Assembly: GCA_951406725.2 (NCBI GenBank)
Contig: OX597833.1
Coordinates: forward strand, 20,708,001-20,772,000
DNA length: 64,000 nucleotides
From: Octopus vulgaris
Taxonomy: Eukaryota
Reading direction: 5' to 3'
A program made the translations under genes and the position numbers. Below, piece after piece: positions 1 to 12,793 of this stretch (position 1 is its first letter; the number at the start of each line of letters is the position of its first letter). The notes under the pieces were generated by a model that searched no databases, was not told the DNA's origin, and saw only the letters and a program-made list of their open reading frames with translations.

Positions 1-316
1 GTAATCTTCGATATTATTATTATTATTATTATTCAGGTCACTGCTTGGAATTGAACTCGGAATCTTGGGGTTAAGAGCACTGGTTACTAACCCCAAGATT
101 CCAAGTTCAATTCCAAGCAGTGAACAACAACAACAACAACAACAATAATAATAATAATGATGATAATAACAACATCGAAAAATACATTAGGAATGAGAAC
201 CCAAGTTTGAAATTTCCCCAAGACACCTGAAAAAGGCCGGAGGGTATATCAGCCGAAATGTGTTAATAACAAACAAGATGAGGACAAATATCTGTCGAAT
301 GTAAATAACGTAAATA
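1..316 (+). mobile_element. Composite repeat: inverted tRNA-like segment, (AAC/AAT)n, hammerhead-containing tail (probably Penelope-related)
   Basis: 36-bp inverted arms at ~39-74 and ~88-123. The tail recurs at ~12858-13075 (-) and ~35195-35375 (-). Confidence 0.65.
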
Positions 317-482
317 AAATGAAATACTGCTAAGCATTTACCCCAGCATGCTAATGAGTTTGTCAGCTTGCTACCTTTTTCCACCATAACAATATCAATA
401 CCAAAAATGTACACAGTAACCTCATTTGTTTTTTTGCCTTAATGTTGTTTTTTTTTCTTTAAGAAGACCAAAGGAAACTTAC

Positions 483-602
483 TTCAAGAAGTGATTCTTC
501 AAGTTTTGCCAGCTGTATTTTTAACTCTTCTTCCTGCTGCAATAGTTGCGTCTTGCGAACTTCCAGTTGTGGTTTCTCATGCTGGATGGTCTGTGCCAAT
601 AA
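483..602 (-). CDS. DYNC2H1: DYNC2H1 exon: LLAQTIQHEKPQLEVRKTQLLQQEEELKIQLAKLEESLLE
   Basis: ttccccag acceptor, gtaagt donor, 120 nt, phase 0 to 0. Confidence 0.94.
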
Positions 603-834
603 CTGGGGAATATCATTAAAGAAAAACAGAACAATTGATTAATTACTTTATTTCTTTCAGTAATTTTGAAGCAGAATCTGAAAATTTGATAAAGGTTCTT
701 TTGTATTTTCCATATTTCAGCCATGGCAGCAGAAGCAGCTTCTGTCATTTATTGCGGTAGATATTCTACAGCGAGATGCACTTTCTGTTGCCAACCTTCA
801 CATGTTTCCAAGCAAGGTAAACTTCCTCGCTTAA

Positions 835-1067
835 GGCAGCGAGCTGGCAGAATCGTTAGCATGCCAGGCAAAATGCTTAGTGGTATTTTGTCTGCCGTTA
901 CGTTCTGAGTTCGAATTCTGCCGAGGTTGACTTTGCCTTTCATCCTTTTGGGGTCGATAAATTAAGTACCAGTTACGCACTGGGGTCGATGTAATCGACT
1001 TAATCCGTTTGTCTGTCCTTGTTTGTCACCTCTAAGTTTAGCCCCTTGTGGGCAATAAAGGAATAGG
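835..1067 (+). mobile_element. tRNA-headed SINE family A (ggcgagctggcagaa...gactttgcctttcatcctttcggggtcgataaattaagtaccag...agccccttgtgggtagtaaagaaata), representative copy
   Basis: Near-identical copies at ~1445-1735, 4290-4527, 13520-13752, 22490-23090 (tandem), 26268-26495, 42765-43360 (tandem), 48315-48540, 53228-53447, plus many fragments. Confidence 0.85.
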
Positions 1068-2003
1068 AATAAAGTAAACTTCCTCATAACTAGATGTGTT
1101 TGCACAGAACTTTGGTTTCAAATTTTGGCTCAAAACCATCAAGTTTAGTGGAGGTCTAAGTCGATTACATCGACCCCAGTGCTCAATTGGTACTTATTTT
1201 ATCAACCCCAAAAGAATGAAAGGCAAAGTCCACCCCAGTGGCATTTGTACTCAGAACATGATAACAGGACCAGGAGGAGGTAGTGAGGTTATAGGGCCTT
1301 ACTTCAGTTGAGAGTAAACATGATAAATTTTGTCCTCTTGCTAAGCATTTCATGTGGCATGCTAATGATTCTGCCAGCTTACAGAATATTCTTTTCTACT
1401 CCAGACACAAGGGCTGAAATTTTGGGGGAGGGGGCAAGTCGATTAGATTCCGCCGAGGTCGACTTTGCCTTTCATCCTTTTGGGGTCGATAAATTAAGTA
1501 CCAGTTACGCACTGGGATCGATATAATCGACTTAATCCGTTTGTCTGTCCTTGTTTGTCCTCTCTGTGTTTAGCCCCTTGTGGGTAGTAAAGAAATAGGT
1601 ACTTGATTTATCAACCCCAAAAGGATGAAAGGCAAAGTCGACCTTGGCAGAATTTGAACTCAGAACATAAAGACGGACGAAATAACGCTAAGCATTTCGC
1701 CCGGTGTGCTAATGTTTCTGCCAGCTCACCGCCTTAAGCTCACAGAATATTGGAAATGAAATGACACTACCCGTGTAACTGTGGCATTCATTCAAAACTA
1801 TCATATAATGTAAGGACAAAGAGACACAAAAACACACAACAGATTTCTTTCAGTTTCTGTCTACACATTCTATTGACAAATCTTTGGTTGGCTCCAAGCT
1901 ATACTAGAAGACACTGGCCCCTGGTGCCACACATGGTTAGAAAGAAAAATTATAGACCATATAGCCATATCTACAACTATATAATATGTATGTGTGTGTG
2001 TGT

Positions 2004-2039
<36 letters not shown>

Positions 2040-2192
2040 AGTGGTTGGCGTTAGGAAGGGCATCCAGCCGTAGAAACATTGCCAGATCAGACTGGGCCTG
2101 GTGCAGCCTTCTGGCTTCCTAGACCCCAGTTGAACCATCCAACCCATGCTAGCATGGAAAGCGGACGCTAAATGATGATGATGATGATGATG

Positions 2193-2232
<40 letters not shown>

Positions 2233-2235
2233 ATA

Positions 2236-3448
2236 TTGGGTTGGCAACTAAGTTCCTGCCATTTTTTAAAAATGTTTAATAAAAAATAATGATTAATTAA
2301 CCAATAATGTATTCACTCTTGTTGTTTACAACTTCTTCCCAGCATTCAAGATTTTCAATACCTTGTTGGTAGAAATCACCCGATTTCGACTCGAAAAATT
2401 GATCCAACCAAGCTCTCAATTCTGCATCAGTATTGAACGAAACTCTGCGCATAGCATTTAAAAGAGATCGAAAGAGGTGGAAATCCATTGGTGCCAAATC
2501 AGGAGAGTATGGCAGGTGTGACAGCACTTCCCAGCGATGCGTTTGAATGGCTTCCTTGGCCATATTGGCGATATATGGGTGGGCCTTGTCATGCAGCAGA
2601 AGAACTCCATGCTGCCGATTAGGTCTTTTCTCTTGAATAACCGTGATGTGTCGTTCCATCTGTTAAACATAGAGTTCTACATTGATTGTTTGGTTCCGTT
2701 CAAGCAATTCATAATGGATAATCCCTTCCCAGTCCCACCATACGTACAACATCACTTTATGTGGATGAAGATCTTGTTTCACGTGCGGTGTTGCTTGTTT
2801 ACTGGGGTTAAGCCATTCCTTATTCTGCTTCATATTGATGTACAGGCACCATTTTTCATCACCACTAATGATTTGGTAAAGAAATCGTTGCTTGTGTCCA
2901 TGAGTTGAGCAGTGACAAGCAAGCAAACCAGCAGAGATTGTGACTCATTGATTTTTGTTGTTGTCACTTAAAGCATGCGGAACCCATGCTCCATACTTCT
3001 GAACCTTTCCCATCGAGTGAAGATGTTTCGCTATAGCAGTGTGGGAGCATTCCATTTTCTCTGCCAGTTCCCTGGACAGCCAGAATGAGGTGCATCTTTG
3101 AGGTCAAAATTTCCATTTTTGAACTTGGCATACCAATCATGAGTGGTTCTTTCAGCTATGGCACTCTCACCATACACAGCACAAATATCACGAGCAGCTT
3201 TTGTGGCCTTAAAACCTTGATTAAAAGCAAAAAGAAGGAGGTGCTGAAAATGACATTTCATTGACATTTCATTTTAATGATCTGAAAATAAACAAAAATT
3301 AACAAATATTAACTAGAAAAAAAAAACAATAAACAAAATAGATTCCAAAATGATTCAAAAATAGAATTCTCGAAAAAAATAGATTCCAAAATTTAAAAAC
3401 ACAATAAAGTCCAAAGTTTTAAAAACCAGCGGGAACTTGCCAACCCAA
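2236..3448 (-). mobile_element. mariner (DD34D) DNA transposon, near full length, disrupted transposase
   Basis: TA-flanked TIRs TTGGGTTGGCAA...AGTTCC. Motifs WVPHAL, GDEKW, HD(34 aa)D and YSPDLAPMD. Split across ORFs 3031-3267, 2663-2926 and 2297-2659, with a stop, frameshifts and an internal deletion. Confidence 0.92.
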
Positions 3449-3534
3449 TATAGATATTTATACACACATACGTATTTACACACAGACACACACACACATA
3501 TATATACATACACACACACACACATATATATATA

Positions 3535-3567
<33 letters not shown>

Positions 3568-4856
3568 GTATATGTATATGTATACCAGTATGTGAAAAGA
3601 ATATTAAATTAACAAGAAGAAGAGGTGATGAAGAAAAGAGAACGAAAGAGGAAAAGAAAGAAAGATAAAAAGAGGAAGGTAAAAGAAATATCAAAAGGGA
3701 GAGACATGGAAATTGCAAAATAAAAAAAAAATGCTTGCTTGTGTAATGTTCACCATCTTCCTCCAACTCTCCTGTGATGATAGTGATGAAAGATGGTGAA
3801 GGTGATGATTATGATGACGAATGGCCATAGTGATGATGGTGGTGGTGATGACAATGATGATGATGGTGGTGTTAATGGTGGTGGTGGTGGTGGTGATTAT
3901 GATGGTGATGATAAGGATGATGATGGTGATGAGATTAATGACGATTAGGAAGATGCTGATGATAGTGGTGGTGGTGATGATGATGATGATGATGATGATG
4001 ATAACTACGACAATGAAGATTAACATCTAAATAATAATTTCTTTGAGATTTTCTCCATGTCTTATGTCTCTTCTCTTTTGTCTTTCCATCTTTGAGCTAA
4101 AAAAATTGTATTGCAAACAAAAAAATTCTATGAAGAACATCAGTCACCTACTGAGATGAAAACAAATTTGTCTTCTCACTCCATCTATGCTACCACTACT
4201 ACAACAGCCTCTGCTCATCAGAACTAGCTAATTGCATACACCTTTTAATCAAATGACTGAAACAAGTAAAAGAGTTAATTTATGTTCCAAATACCTATTT
4301 CTTTACTACCCACAAGGGGCTAAACACAGAGGGGACAAACAAGGACAGACAAATGGATTAAGTCGATTACATCAACCCCAGTGCGTAACTGGTACTTAAT
4401 TTATCGACCCCAAAAGGATGAAAGGCAAAGTCGACCTCGGCAGAATTTGAACTCAGAACGTAATGGCAGGCAAATTACCGTTAAGCATTTCGCCCGGCAC
4501 GCTAACGTTTCTGCCAGCTCGCCGCCTTTTATGTTCCAAATACCAGCTTAATAATGATAAAGAAATTTTGATAAATTCTTTGTTATTTTCAAAATTAGTT
4601 GAAACAAAGGTGGCGCGTAAAAAGCACTCATGCCAGTGCCACATACAGGGCTCTGATGCTGTGCCACAAAAAGAGCACTTGTGCTGGGATCACATAAAAA
4701 GCACCCAGCACACTCGGATGATGATGATGATGATGATGACGATGGCAATGATGATGATGATGATGAGGATGGGGATGAATGTTTCCCTAGAGGTGTCTAC
4801 CCATTCATCCATATTGTTAGCAAAATATTCTGATGGAAGAAGCAAAGCCGTTTTAC

Positions 4857-5020
4857 CTGGCTGGTGAGTCCGGCTGCTGTCGTAGTGAAGTTCACCTCAG
4901 TCATGATGGACCTTGCATCTGGAGGTATTTGCAGACTGGAATTTCTGGTGGCAAGATACACTTTGAAGGCTTCATTGTAGTGAACGATTTTCTCACCAAT
5001 CTGCACGACACAGCGAGGAC
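4857..5020 (-). CDS. DYNC2H1: DYNC2H1 exon (AAA5): (G)PRCVVQIGEKIVHYNEAFKVYLATRN...TEVNFTTTAAGLTSQ
   Basis: cattccag acceptor, gtaaaa donor, 164 nt, phase 1 to 0. Confidence 0.94.
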
Positions 5021-5161
5021 CTGGAATGACAGAATTACTTTCATTTTAATAATGATTTCAAATTTAGGCTCAAAGAGAGAAATTTTAGGTCAGCAAGGGA
5101 TAAACTGATTATATCAACCCCAGTACTCGATTGGTCCTTATTTCATCAACTCTGGAAGGAT

Positions 5162-5567
5162 AGGCGCAGGAGTGGCTGTGTGGTAAGTAGCTTGCTAACC
5201 AACCACATGGTTCAAGGTTCAGTCCCACTGCGTGGCACCTTGGGCAAGTGTCTTCTACTATAGCCCCGGGTCGACCAATGCCTTGTGAGTGGATTTGGTA
5301 GACGGAAACTGAAAGAAGCCCATCGTATATATGTATATATATATATGTTTGTGTGTCTGTGTTTGTCCCCCTAGCATTGCTTGACAACCAATGCTGGCGT
5401 GTTTATGTACCCGTCACTTAGCGGTTCGGCAAAAGAGACCGATAGAATAAGTACTGGGCTTACAAAAGAATAAGTCCTTGGGTCTAGTTGATCGACTAAA
5501 GGTGGTGCTCCAGCATGGCCGCAGTCAAATGACTGAAACAAGTAAAAAGAGTAAAAAAAAGAGAGAG
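5162..5567 (+). mobile_element. tRNA-headed SINE family B (~400 bp; ggcgcaggagtggctgtgtggtaag...ccttgggcaagtgtcttc...internal (TA/TG)n...gactgaaacaagtaaaagag), representative copy
   Basis: A/B-box-like head. Full or near-full copies at ~10385-10768(-), 19907-20296(+), 23425-23810(-), 25565-25967(-), 33909-34328(-), 38412-38833(-), 43650-44041(-), 49288-49752(-), 59055-59454(-), plus many partial copies. Confidence 0.88.
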
Positions 5568-6375
5568 TATGAAATGCAGACCTGACCTAGGGGCAATTTG
5601 AACTCAGAATGCAAAACCAGAAGCAAAGCTGCTAAGCCTTTTGCATGGCATGCTAACAACTCTGCCAGCTCGTCACTTTTATTTTTTTAATAATGATAAT
5701 AATAGTTAATTCTTTTATTGGCCACAAGGGCTGACAAAAATTAATTATAACATAAAGGGACAAAACACATGACGAAAATTACAAAGGGTTTTGTCCGTTT
5801 GAAAATCCATGTAAAAAACAGTAAAACAACAAAAATATTTAACAATAATAGTAATAATAATAATGGGTTCAAATTTTTCCACAAGGGCAGCACTTTTTGA
5901 GAGAGGGGTTGAGGCAATTACATCAACCTTGTTTGTCCCCCTCTGTGTGTAGCCCCTTGTGGGCAGTAAAGAAATAAGAAGATTGCTTCCTAACCACATG
6001 GTTCTGGATTCAGTCCCACTGAATGGCATCTTTGGCAAGTGTCTTCTACTATAGCCTAGGGCTGACCAAAGCCTTGTAAGTGAATCTGGTAGATGGAAAC
6101 TGAAAGAAGCTTGTTGTATACATGTATATGTATATAATTGTGTGTGTCTTTGTGTCTATGTTTGTCCCTCCACCTGTTTCACTGTGTGACAATTGGTGTT
6201 GGTGTGTTTACATTCCTGTAACTTAGCAGTTTGGCAAAAAGAAACCGAAAGAATAAATACTAGGTTTAAAAAAAGCCAAGTCCTGGGGTCAATTTGTTCG
6301 ACTAAAACCATTTTAGGCAGTGCCCCAGCATGGCCACAGTCCAATGATTGAAACAAGTAAAAGAGATCAGATAAA

Positions 6376-6419
<44 letters not shown>

Positions 6420-6431
6420 TCAGGTAATAAA

Positions 6432-6900
6432 CTGTGCTTGAGAAGACCTGTTGAGTCAAGTGAAATCATTGTTGTGGCCAATGCCAGTTCCACCTGACTG
6501 GTTCCCATGCCAGTGTCATGTAAAAAGCACCATTGGAGCATGGCCAATGCCAGTGCCACCTGACTGGTCCCGTGTGACATGTAAAAAGCACCATTCGAGC
6601 GTGGTCGTTGCCAGTGCTGCCTGACTGGCTCCCATTCTGGTGGCATGTAAAATGCACCATTTGAGCATGGTCGATGCCAGTACCACCTGACTGGCCCCTG
6701 TGCCAGTGGCATGTAAAAAGCACCTACTACACTCTCGGAGTGGTTGGTGTTAGGAAGGGCATCCAGCTGTAGAAACTCTGCCAGATCAGACTGGAGTCTG
6801 GTGCAGCCTCCTGGCTTGCCAGTCCTCAGTCAAACCGTCCAACCCATGCCTGCATGGAAAGCAGATGTTAAATGATAATGCTGCTGCTGCTGATGATGAT
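6432..6900 (+). mobile_element. RTE-type LINE 3' end with ~60-bp tandem-repeat 3'UTR and (GAT)n tail, representative copy
   Basis: Starts at the ORF end (ctgtgcttgagaagacc) matching the RTE C-terminus at 48575-48790. Copies at ~18115-18410, 20815-21315, 24557-24910, 35905-36265, 38890-39215, 44750-45083, 62328-62885. Tail-only copies at 2038-2192 and 58895-59047. Confidence 0.75.
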
Positions 6901-6916
6901 ATAGATGCACATACAT

Positions 6917-6950
<34 letters not shown>

Positions 6951-7229
6951 GTCAATTGAAACAAACAATCAATTAAAAAAAGGAATAATCAAATTAACAG
7001 ACAAGACGATGTGCATAAGGGAAGATATTAGCTTGATGCTTGGCGAAAAAAGAAAGTTTGATGTTTCGAGCATAGCTCTTTGCTGGAAAGGAGAAAGGGA
7101 AAAGTCCAAAGGAAAACAAATCACCAACAGCATTTGTGTGAATACATTGTGTATATGATTGGATTATGAAAATGTATTTGAAGCTCCAAACATAACAGTA
7201 TCAGTTGTACATCTACTCATACTCATCAT

Positions 7230-7264
<35 letters not shown>

Positions 7265-7829
7265 TAAGCCTGTGGTAATAAACATTTCTGTTAATGAAAA
7301 TCTTTTCCATTAACTGAGCAATGAATAAAACCATGTTAAAGAAGTGAGTTCCATACAAAAATAATGAATGAAAATTAAGGTTGCTGGAGCCTGGCCATAA
7401 TTGGTTGCTGCTGGAGAACTGCACTGCCTCTACAAATCAAAATAAATTGATCTCTAAAATTACCTTTCTATTTTCTTTTTCGACTCCTATGAATTTTTAG
7501 GCTCATTTTGGTTTGTTATATCATTTGAGGCAGAAAGCAACGTAATTTTTTCAAGGAAAAAATCAGTGCTGTGGTTTATCTTTTTTAATAAAATATATTC
7601 ACCATGCCAGAAGGAAAGACAGTACCAAAGAACATTAATGAAGAAATAAAGAAAGAACTTATTTCTAAGAGAAAGTGGCATTAATTTAGTGTGGTGTAAG
7701 GATAGATTCAATGTACAATTTTGGAAAGAAAAGATGAGCTAAAATGTGAACTGGTGGCCAAAGATATTTGCTAGTTTAACCCTTCCATCACTGTGTTTCC
7801 GTTCAAATACATTGTCTTTGTTTCAGTTA

Positions 7830-8215
7830 GTGGAGGCGCAATGGCCCAGTGGTTAGGGCAGCGGACTCGCGGTCGTAGGATCGCGGTTTCGATTCCCAGA
7901 CCAGGCGTTGTGAGTGTTTATTGAGTGAAAACACCTAAAGCTCCACGAGGCTCCGGCAGGGGATGGTGGTGATCCCTGCTGTACTCTTTCACCACAACTT
8001 TCTCTCACTCTTACTTCCTGTTTCTGTTGTACCTGTATTTCAAAGGGCCGGCCTTGTCACACTCTGTGTCACGCTGAATATCGCCGAGAACTACGTTAAG
8101 GGTACACGTGTCTGTGGAGTGCTCAGCCACTTACACGTTAATTTCACGAGCAGGCTGTTCCGTTGATCGGATCAACCGGAACCCTTGTCGTCGTAACCGA
8201 TGGAGTGCTTCCAAA
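7830..8215 (+). mobile_element. tRNA-headed SINE family C, full copy with 14-bp TSD
   Basis: Head ggaggcgcaatggcccagtggttagggcagcggactcgcggtc...ggtttcgattccc. TSD ctttgtttcagtta at 7816-7829 and 8216-8229. Relatives at 8693-8995, 26968-27243(-), 47689-48000(-), 55146-55447. Confidence 0.85.
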
Positions 8216-11200
8216 CTTTGTTTCAGTTAATTTTAGAAATAACAAAGAATTTAGGAAGATAACTTCATTTTGTTTTTGCATTTTTCTGCAAGATTCTTGA
8301 TGTTGCAATATGCATGTTGAAATATGTTCTGTTGTATCTTGGGAGTGAGAGTGGGGACATCATTATACCAATAAGTAACACATGCACTGGTGCTTTTTCA
8401 CTTCTTTATTATAATTAAATGTGGTGTGGCTGTGAGGGAAGAAGCTTGCTTCCCAACCACATGGTTCTAGGTACAACCTCACTATGTGGTACCAAAGCAC
8501 TAGTGAGACCAAGGCTATTGTAGAAGACACTTGTCGTCTACAATAGCCTTGGGCCAGCTAATACCTGATGAGTGGATTTGGTAGATGGAAACTGTGTATA
8601 TATGTGTGCTAAGGTAAAGGAAGTAACCAAGTATCTCCTTTACAATAGCACACCTGTTTCTATCCTGTTTCTTGTTACCTATCTCTCTCTTAGTGGAGAC
8701 ACATGGCCTAGTGGTAAGAGCAGTGGACTCGCGGTTGAGGGATTGCGGATTCGAATCTCGGACCGGGCAATGTGTGTGTTTATGAGCGAAATACCTAAGC
8801 TCCACGTGGCTCTGGCAGAAGGTAATGGCAAACTTCTGCTGACTCTTTTGCCACAACTTTCTCTCACTCTTTCTTCCTGCATCTTGCAGTTCACCTGCGA
8901 TGGACTGGCATCCTGTCTAGGTGGGGAACTTATATGCTAAGGAAATTTGGAAACCAGCCCTTATGAGCCAGACATAGCTCAAGAAGGAACAAACATCTCT
9001 CTCTTTCCCCCTCTCTCTCTTCTCTCTGACCGGGTAACCACGTACCTCCTCAATAGCAAGACACCTGTTTCTGTGTCTGTCAGACTCTAAACCTTTCATC
9101 ATCTGACATAAGATCACCTCCTCCAATGCCCCCTCCCCTCTCAAAATTCCTTGTAATGCAAGTTACTTGGTGACCCTGTTGGTGCTGGTGCCTTGTAAAA
9201 AGCATCCAGTCTAACTATGAAATGGTTGGCATTTGGAAGGGCATCTAGCTATAAAAAACCATTCCAAGCCTGACCTCGCTTGTGTTGGTGCCACATAAAA
9301 AGCTGATCCTCCTGTATTTTCTTTAACCAAATGCCAGGAACTTATCAGTACCATCTCATAATCTTCCAAAGCATTCCTCAAAAGAGATGACTTTTCTTCT
9401 CTTTAAGTTCCACTTCCCCACTGCCAACCTTCCACCCTTCCTCGGCTGAGAAAATGCATAATTTTTCAATTGTTAAATTATAAATTTTAATTCTTAAAAG
9501 TTTTTAAAAAATTGCTTTTGTTTGTTTTTTAAATTTAATTAATTTTTCTTTCATCCCACAGATAATTTATGATATTTATCAGGTAATAACAACTTTAATG
9601 TTTTATTTTAATGTCCATTAGCTTTTAGATCTTTGTAGGAAATAGATCTTTGAAATAAAGTGTGGAACTGTTTAATTTATTGAATTTTATTTTCTCTCTG
9701 TCTATTCATGCTAATTAAAAAATCTTATTACATAATTGCTACACATTTTTTAATATATGCACTTATTTCTTTGTTGCTTGTGTTTATTAATGTTCAAAGG
9801 GGATGTAATAGTTGACGCTTAGCAACAGATTATCTCTAAACACATATATCACATTTATGTGATAACAAATATTTGTGAACTATCACACAAAGACAAAGAC
9901 ACACTCACACATGCATGCACATGCACATACACACACACACAGATTCCTTGTCCTTCTTCAGTTGAGCAATCCTAATCAAGCAGGCTTGTGAGTGTTTGTG
10001 CCACGTAAAAAGCAACTGTGCTAGTGCCATGTTTAAAGCACCTGTGTCACTACTGCATAAAAGCACCCAGTACATTGTGTGAAGTGGTTGGTGTTAGGAA
10101 GGGCATCCAGCTGTAGAAACCAGAAGGGCATCCAGCTGTAGAGACAGACATGAATGGATGGACAAATATGAAACTATACACAAACATCTTTGAACTTCTC
10201 TGTATTAAGATACGAAATGTAAGATCTTCTCTACCCTAATGACAGAGGCTTGTCTCATCCAATCTTAATTGCATCCATATGACAGTATATTGTGAGGAAC
10301 TAAATCTGCCATTATCATGGATCTCTGAGTCCTCAGAAACAACTGTTGGACTTATAACACCTTTCTTCCACTCATTAAATTTATACTCTCTTTTATTTTT
10401 TTACTTGTTTTAATCATTTGACTGTGGCCATGCTGGAGCACCACCTTTAGTTGAGCAAATCAACCCCATGACTTATTCTTTGTAAGCCTAGTACTTATTC
10501 TATTGGTCACTGTTGCAGAACCGCTAAGTTACGGGGACGTAAACACACCAGCATCGGTTATCAAGCGATGTTGTGGGGACAAACGCAGACACACACACAC
10601 ACACAATGGGCTTCTTTCAGTTTCTGTCTACCAAATCCACTCACAAGGCTTTGGTCAGCCGTAGGCTATAGTAGAAGACACTTGCCCAAGGTGCTACGCA
10701 TTGGGACTGAACCTGGAACCATGTGGTTCGTAAGCAAGCTGCTTACCACACAGCCACTCCTGCACCTATGTAACTCTGTGTAAGTTTATATATTATATAT
10801 TTATATATCCATACTTAAAAATTCATAATCTGAAAGTCTCCACCTCTTGCTTTCTCTCATTTTGCATATTTTCATATATATATATTTTGTATTTCATACC
10901 CAAACTATTATATTTAATATATTTGATGTGTCTAATTTGTTTATCAACAAAATTATTTCTATACTTGCTCAACTTGATCCCTCTTATGGCTTTTCTTTGA
11001 CCTTGTGAAATGATTCCCTGTAAAAAGTTTGAATCTTTGGAGCCCTACTAAGTGTCTTCTATACGGAGAATCTCTGGATCCCATCTGTGGACTACACACA
11101 CAAACATGCACAGATACCTTGTTAATGTTTAAAATTCTAATGAAGGAGCTTTGGATCTAGGTTAGAAAGTGGATCTTTCTCGATTGGTAAGAAATCTAGA

Positions 11201-11840
11201 AATAAAACTGAATAGAAAAACATACATACACACACATTTTTGCTTAGCATACATTTTGTTTTCAATGCTTTCACAGATGGGACACTGCTTTTGTTTTCTC
11301 TCTGTCTATTTAATTGAAGCAATCACTGTTAAAGCTAGATATCTTTCATACAGCTAACAACTCAGTCATAAAATAGAAGTGTAAACTGTATTTTTTTCCC
11401 CTCGTTAATCAAGCACACTGGAATAAACAGAGTTATGTACCTTGCCTGCGGCCACAACAGAGACGCAATACAATCATTATGATAAGATTCAACTTTAAGA
11501 CTAAGACCAACATTTTAGCCTTACAGCCATTGGCTTTTAAAAACATATAAATACACACACACACACAATTATAAGTAATTCTAATTATATGGTTGATAGG
11601 AATAGTTATATATACAAATAACACTGTATAGAACCAGTTAACCGTGCATAACAGAGAATACAAAAGAGCTAATGTAAAATAATTACAAATTAGGAAAAAG
11701 CAAAGAATATATGTTATGTTGTGTGTGTATGTGTATATATATATATATATAAATATGTGTGTGTGTATACATATACACTCTCTTGAAATTATATATCTGT
11801 AAATATATATATGTATATATATATATGTGTGTGTATACAT

Positions 11841-11899
<59 letters not shown>

Positions 11900-12669
11900 T
11901 ATATAATTCCAAGAGAGTTAGAGGTTGTGAATTCAGCCAACTAAGGGATAATATCAATCCAATATACTGCTGGTAGAATACCCAATTATTAATACACAAG
12001 TGTTTTTTCATTGCATGGCAATTACAATACCGAGTGTAAGAAATGGGTGAGGGTAAAAAGTTATTTTACCCTTAATTTGTATAGCAATAAGAAAATGGAG
12101 GGGATCAAGAGTTGGTATTCATCAACTTATAGACATTATATTATGTCTATTTATTTTTTTAAAAAGACAATTATAGCAATATACATACATGTATAACATA
12201 TTATGCTTTACATATATAATATATAAAATCTTTAAAAAAAAAAAATAGACATAATATAATGTCTATAAGTTGATGAATATCACCTCTTCATCCCTCCATT
12301 TTCTTATTGCTCTCTCTCTCTATATATATAAATATATCATCATCATCATCATCGTTTAACGTCCGCTTTCCATGCTAAATGGGTTGGACGATTTGACTGA
12401 GGACTGGCGAACCAGATAGCTGCATACACACACAAAACTGGCTTCCATGCAGTAGTCTGCCTAACAGATTCACTCCTAAAACATTAGTTGGCCCAGAGGT
12501 CCTGCACAGTAGAACTGAACTGGAAACCACATGGTTTGCAAAGCAAGCTTCTTAACCACACAGCCATGTCTAAAATGCTCATGGGCGAGAGAAGGACCAA
12601 TTCCAAGTGTTTGAATGAATATTCGAAATGCAGGAACAAATGAAGGATTTTATGTCCAACAGGAAATAC

Positions 12670-12793
12670 CTTGTGATATGAGATCTTTTCTGAGAAGCGG
12701 GTACAGCAAGGGTTCTATTGCTTCAATCTCTTGAATAATCAGGGTCTTCCCAAATCTCACAGCCAATTCTAAAGAAGTCTGGAAATTAGAGTC
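12670..12793 (-). CDS. DYNC2H1: DYNC2H1 exon (AAA5): DSNFQTSLELAVRFGKTLIIQEIEAIEPLLYPLLRKDLISQ
   Basis: ttttttag acceptor, gtattt donor, 124 nt, phase 0 to 1; not in the ORF track. Confidence 0.94.

Noticed and set aside
7831-7905. tRNA gene
   Set aside because: This is a SINE head: no proper acceptor stem or terminator, it continues into the SINE body, and it is flanked by a TSD. The same applies to the other SINE heads.
10568-10783. Recurrent ORFs such as [18 protein letters not shown]... and [17 protein letters not shown]...
   Set aside because: Chance translations of SINE family B copies, not a protein family.
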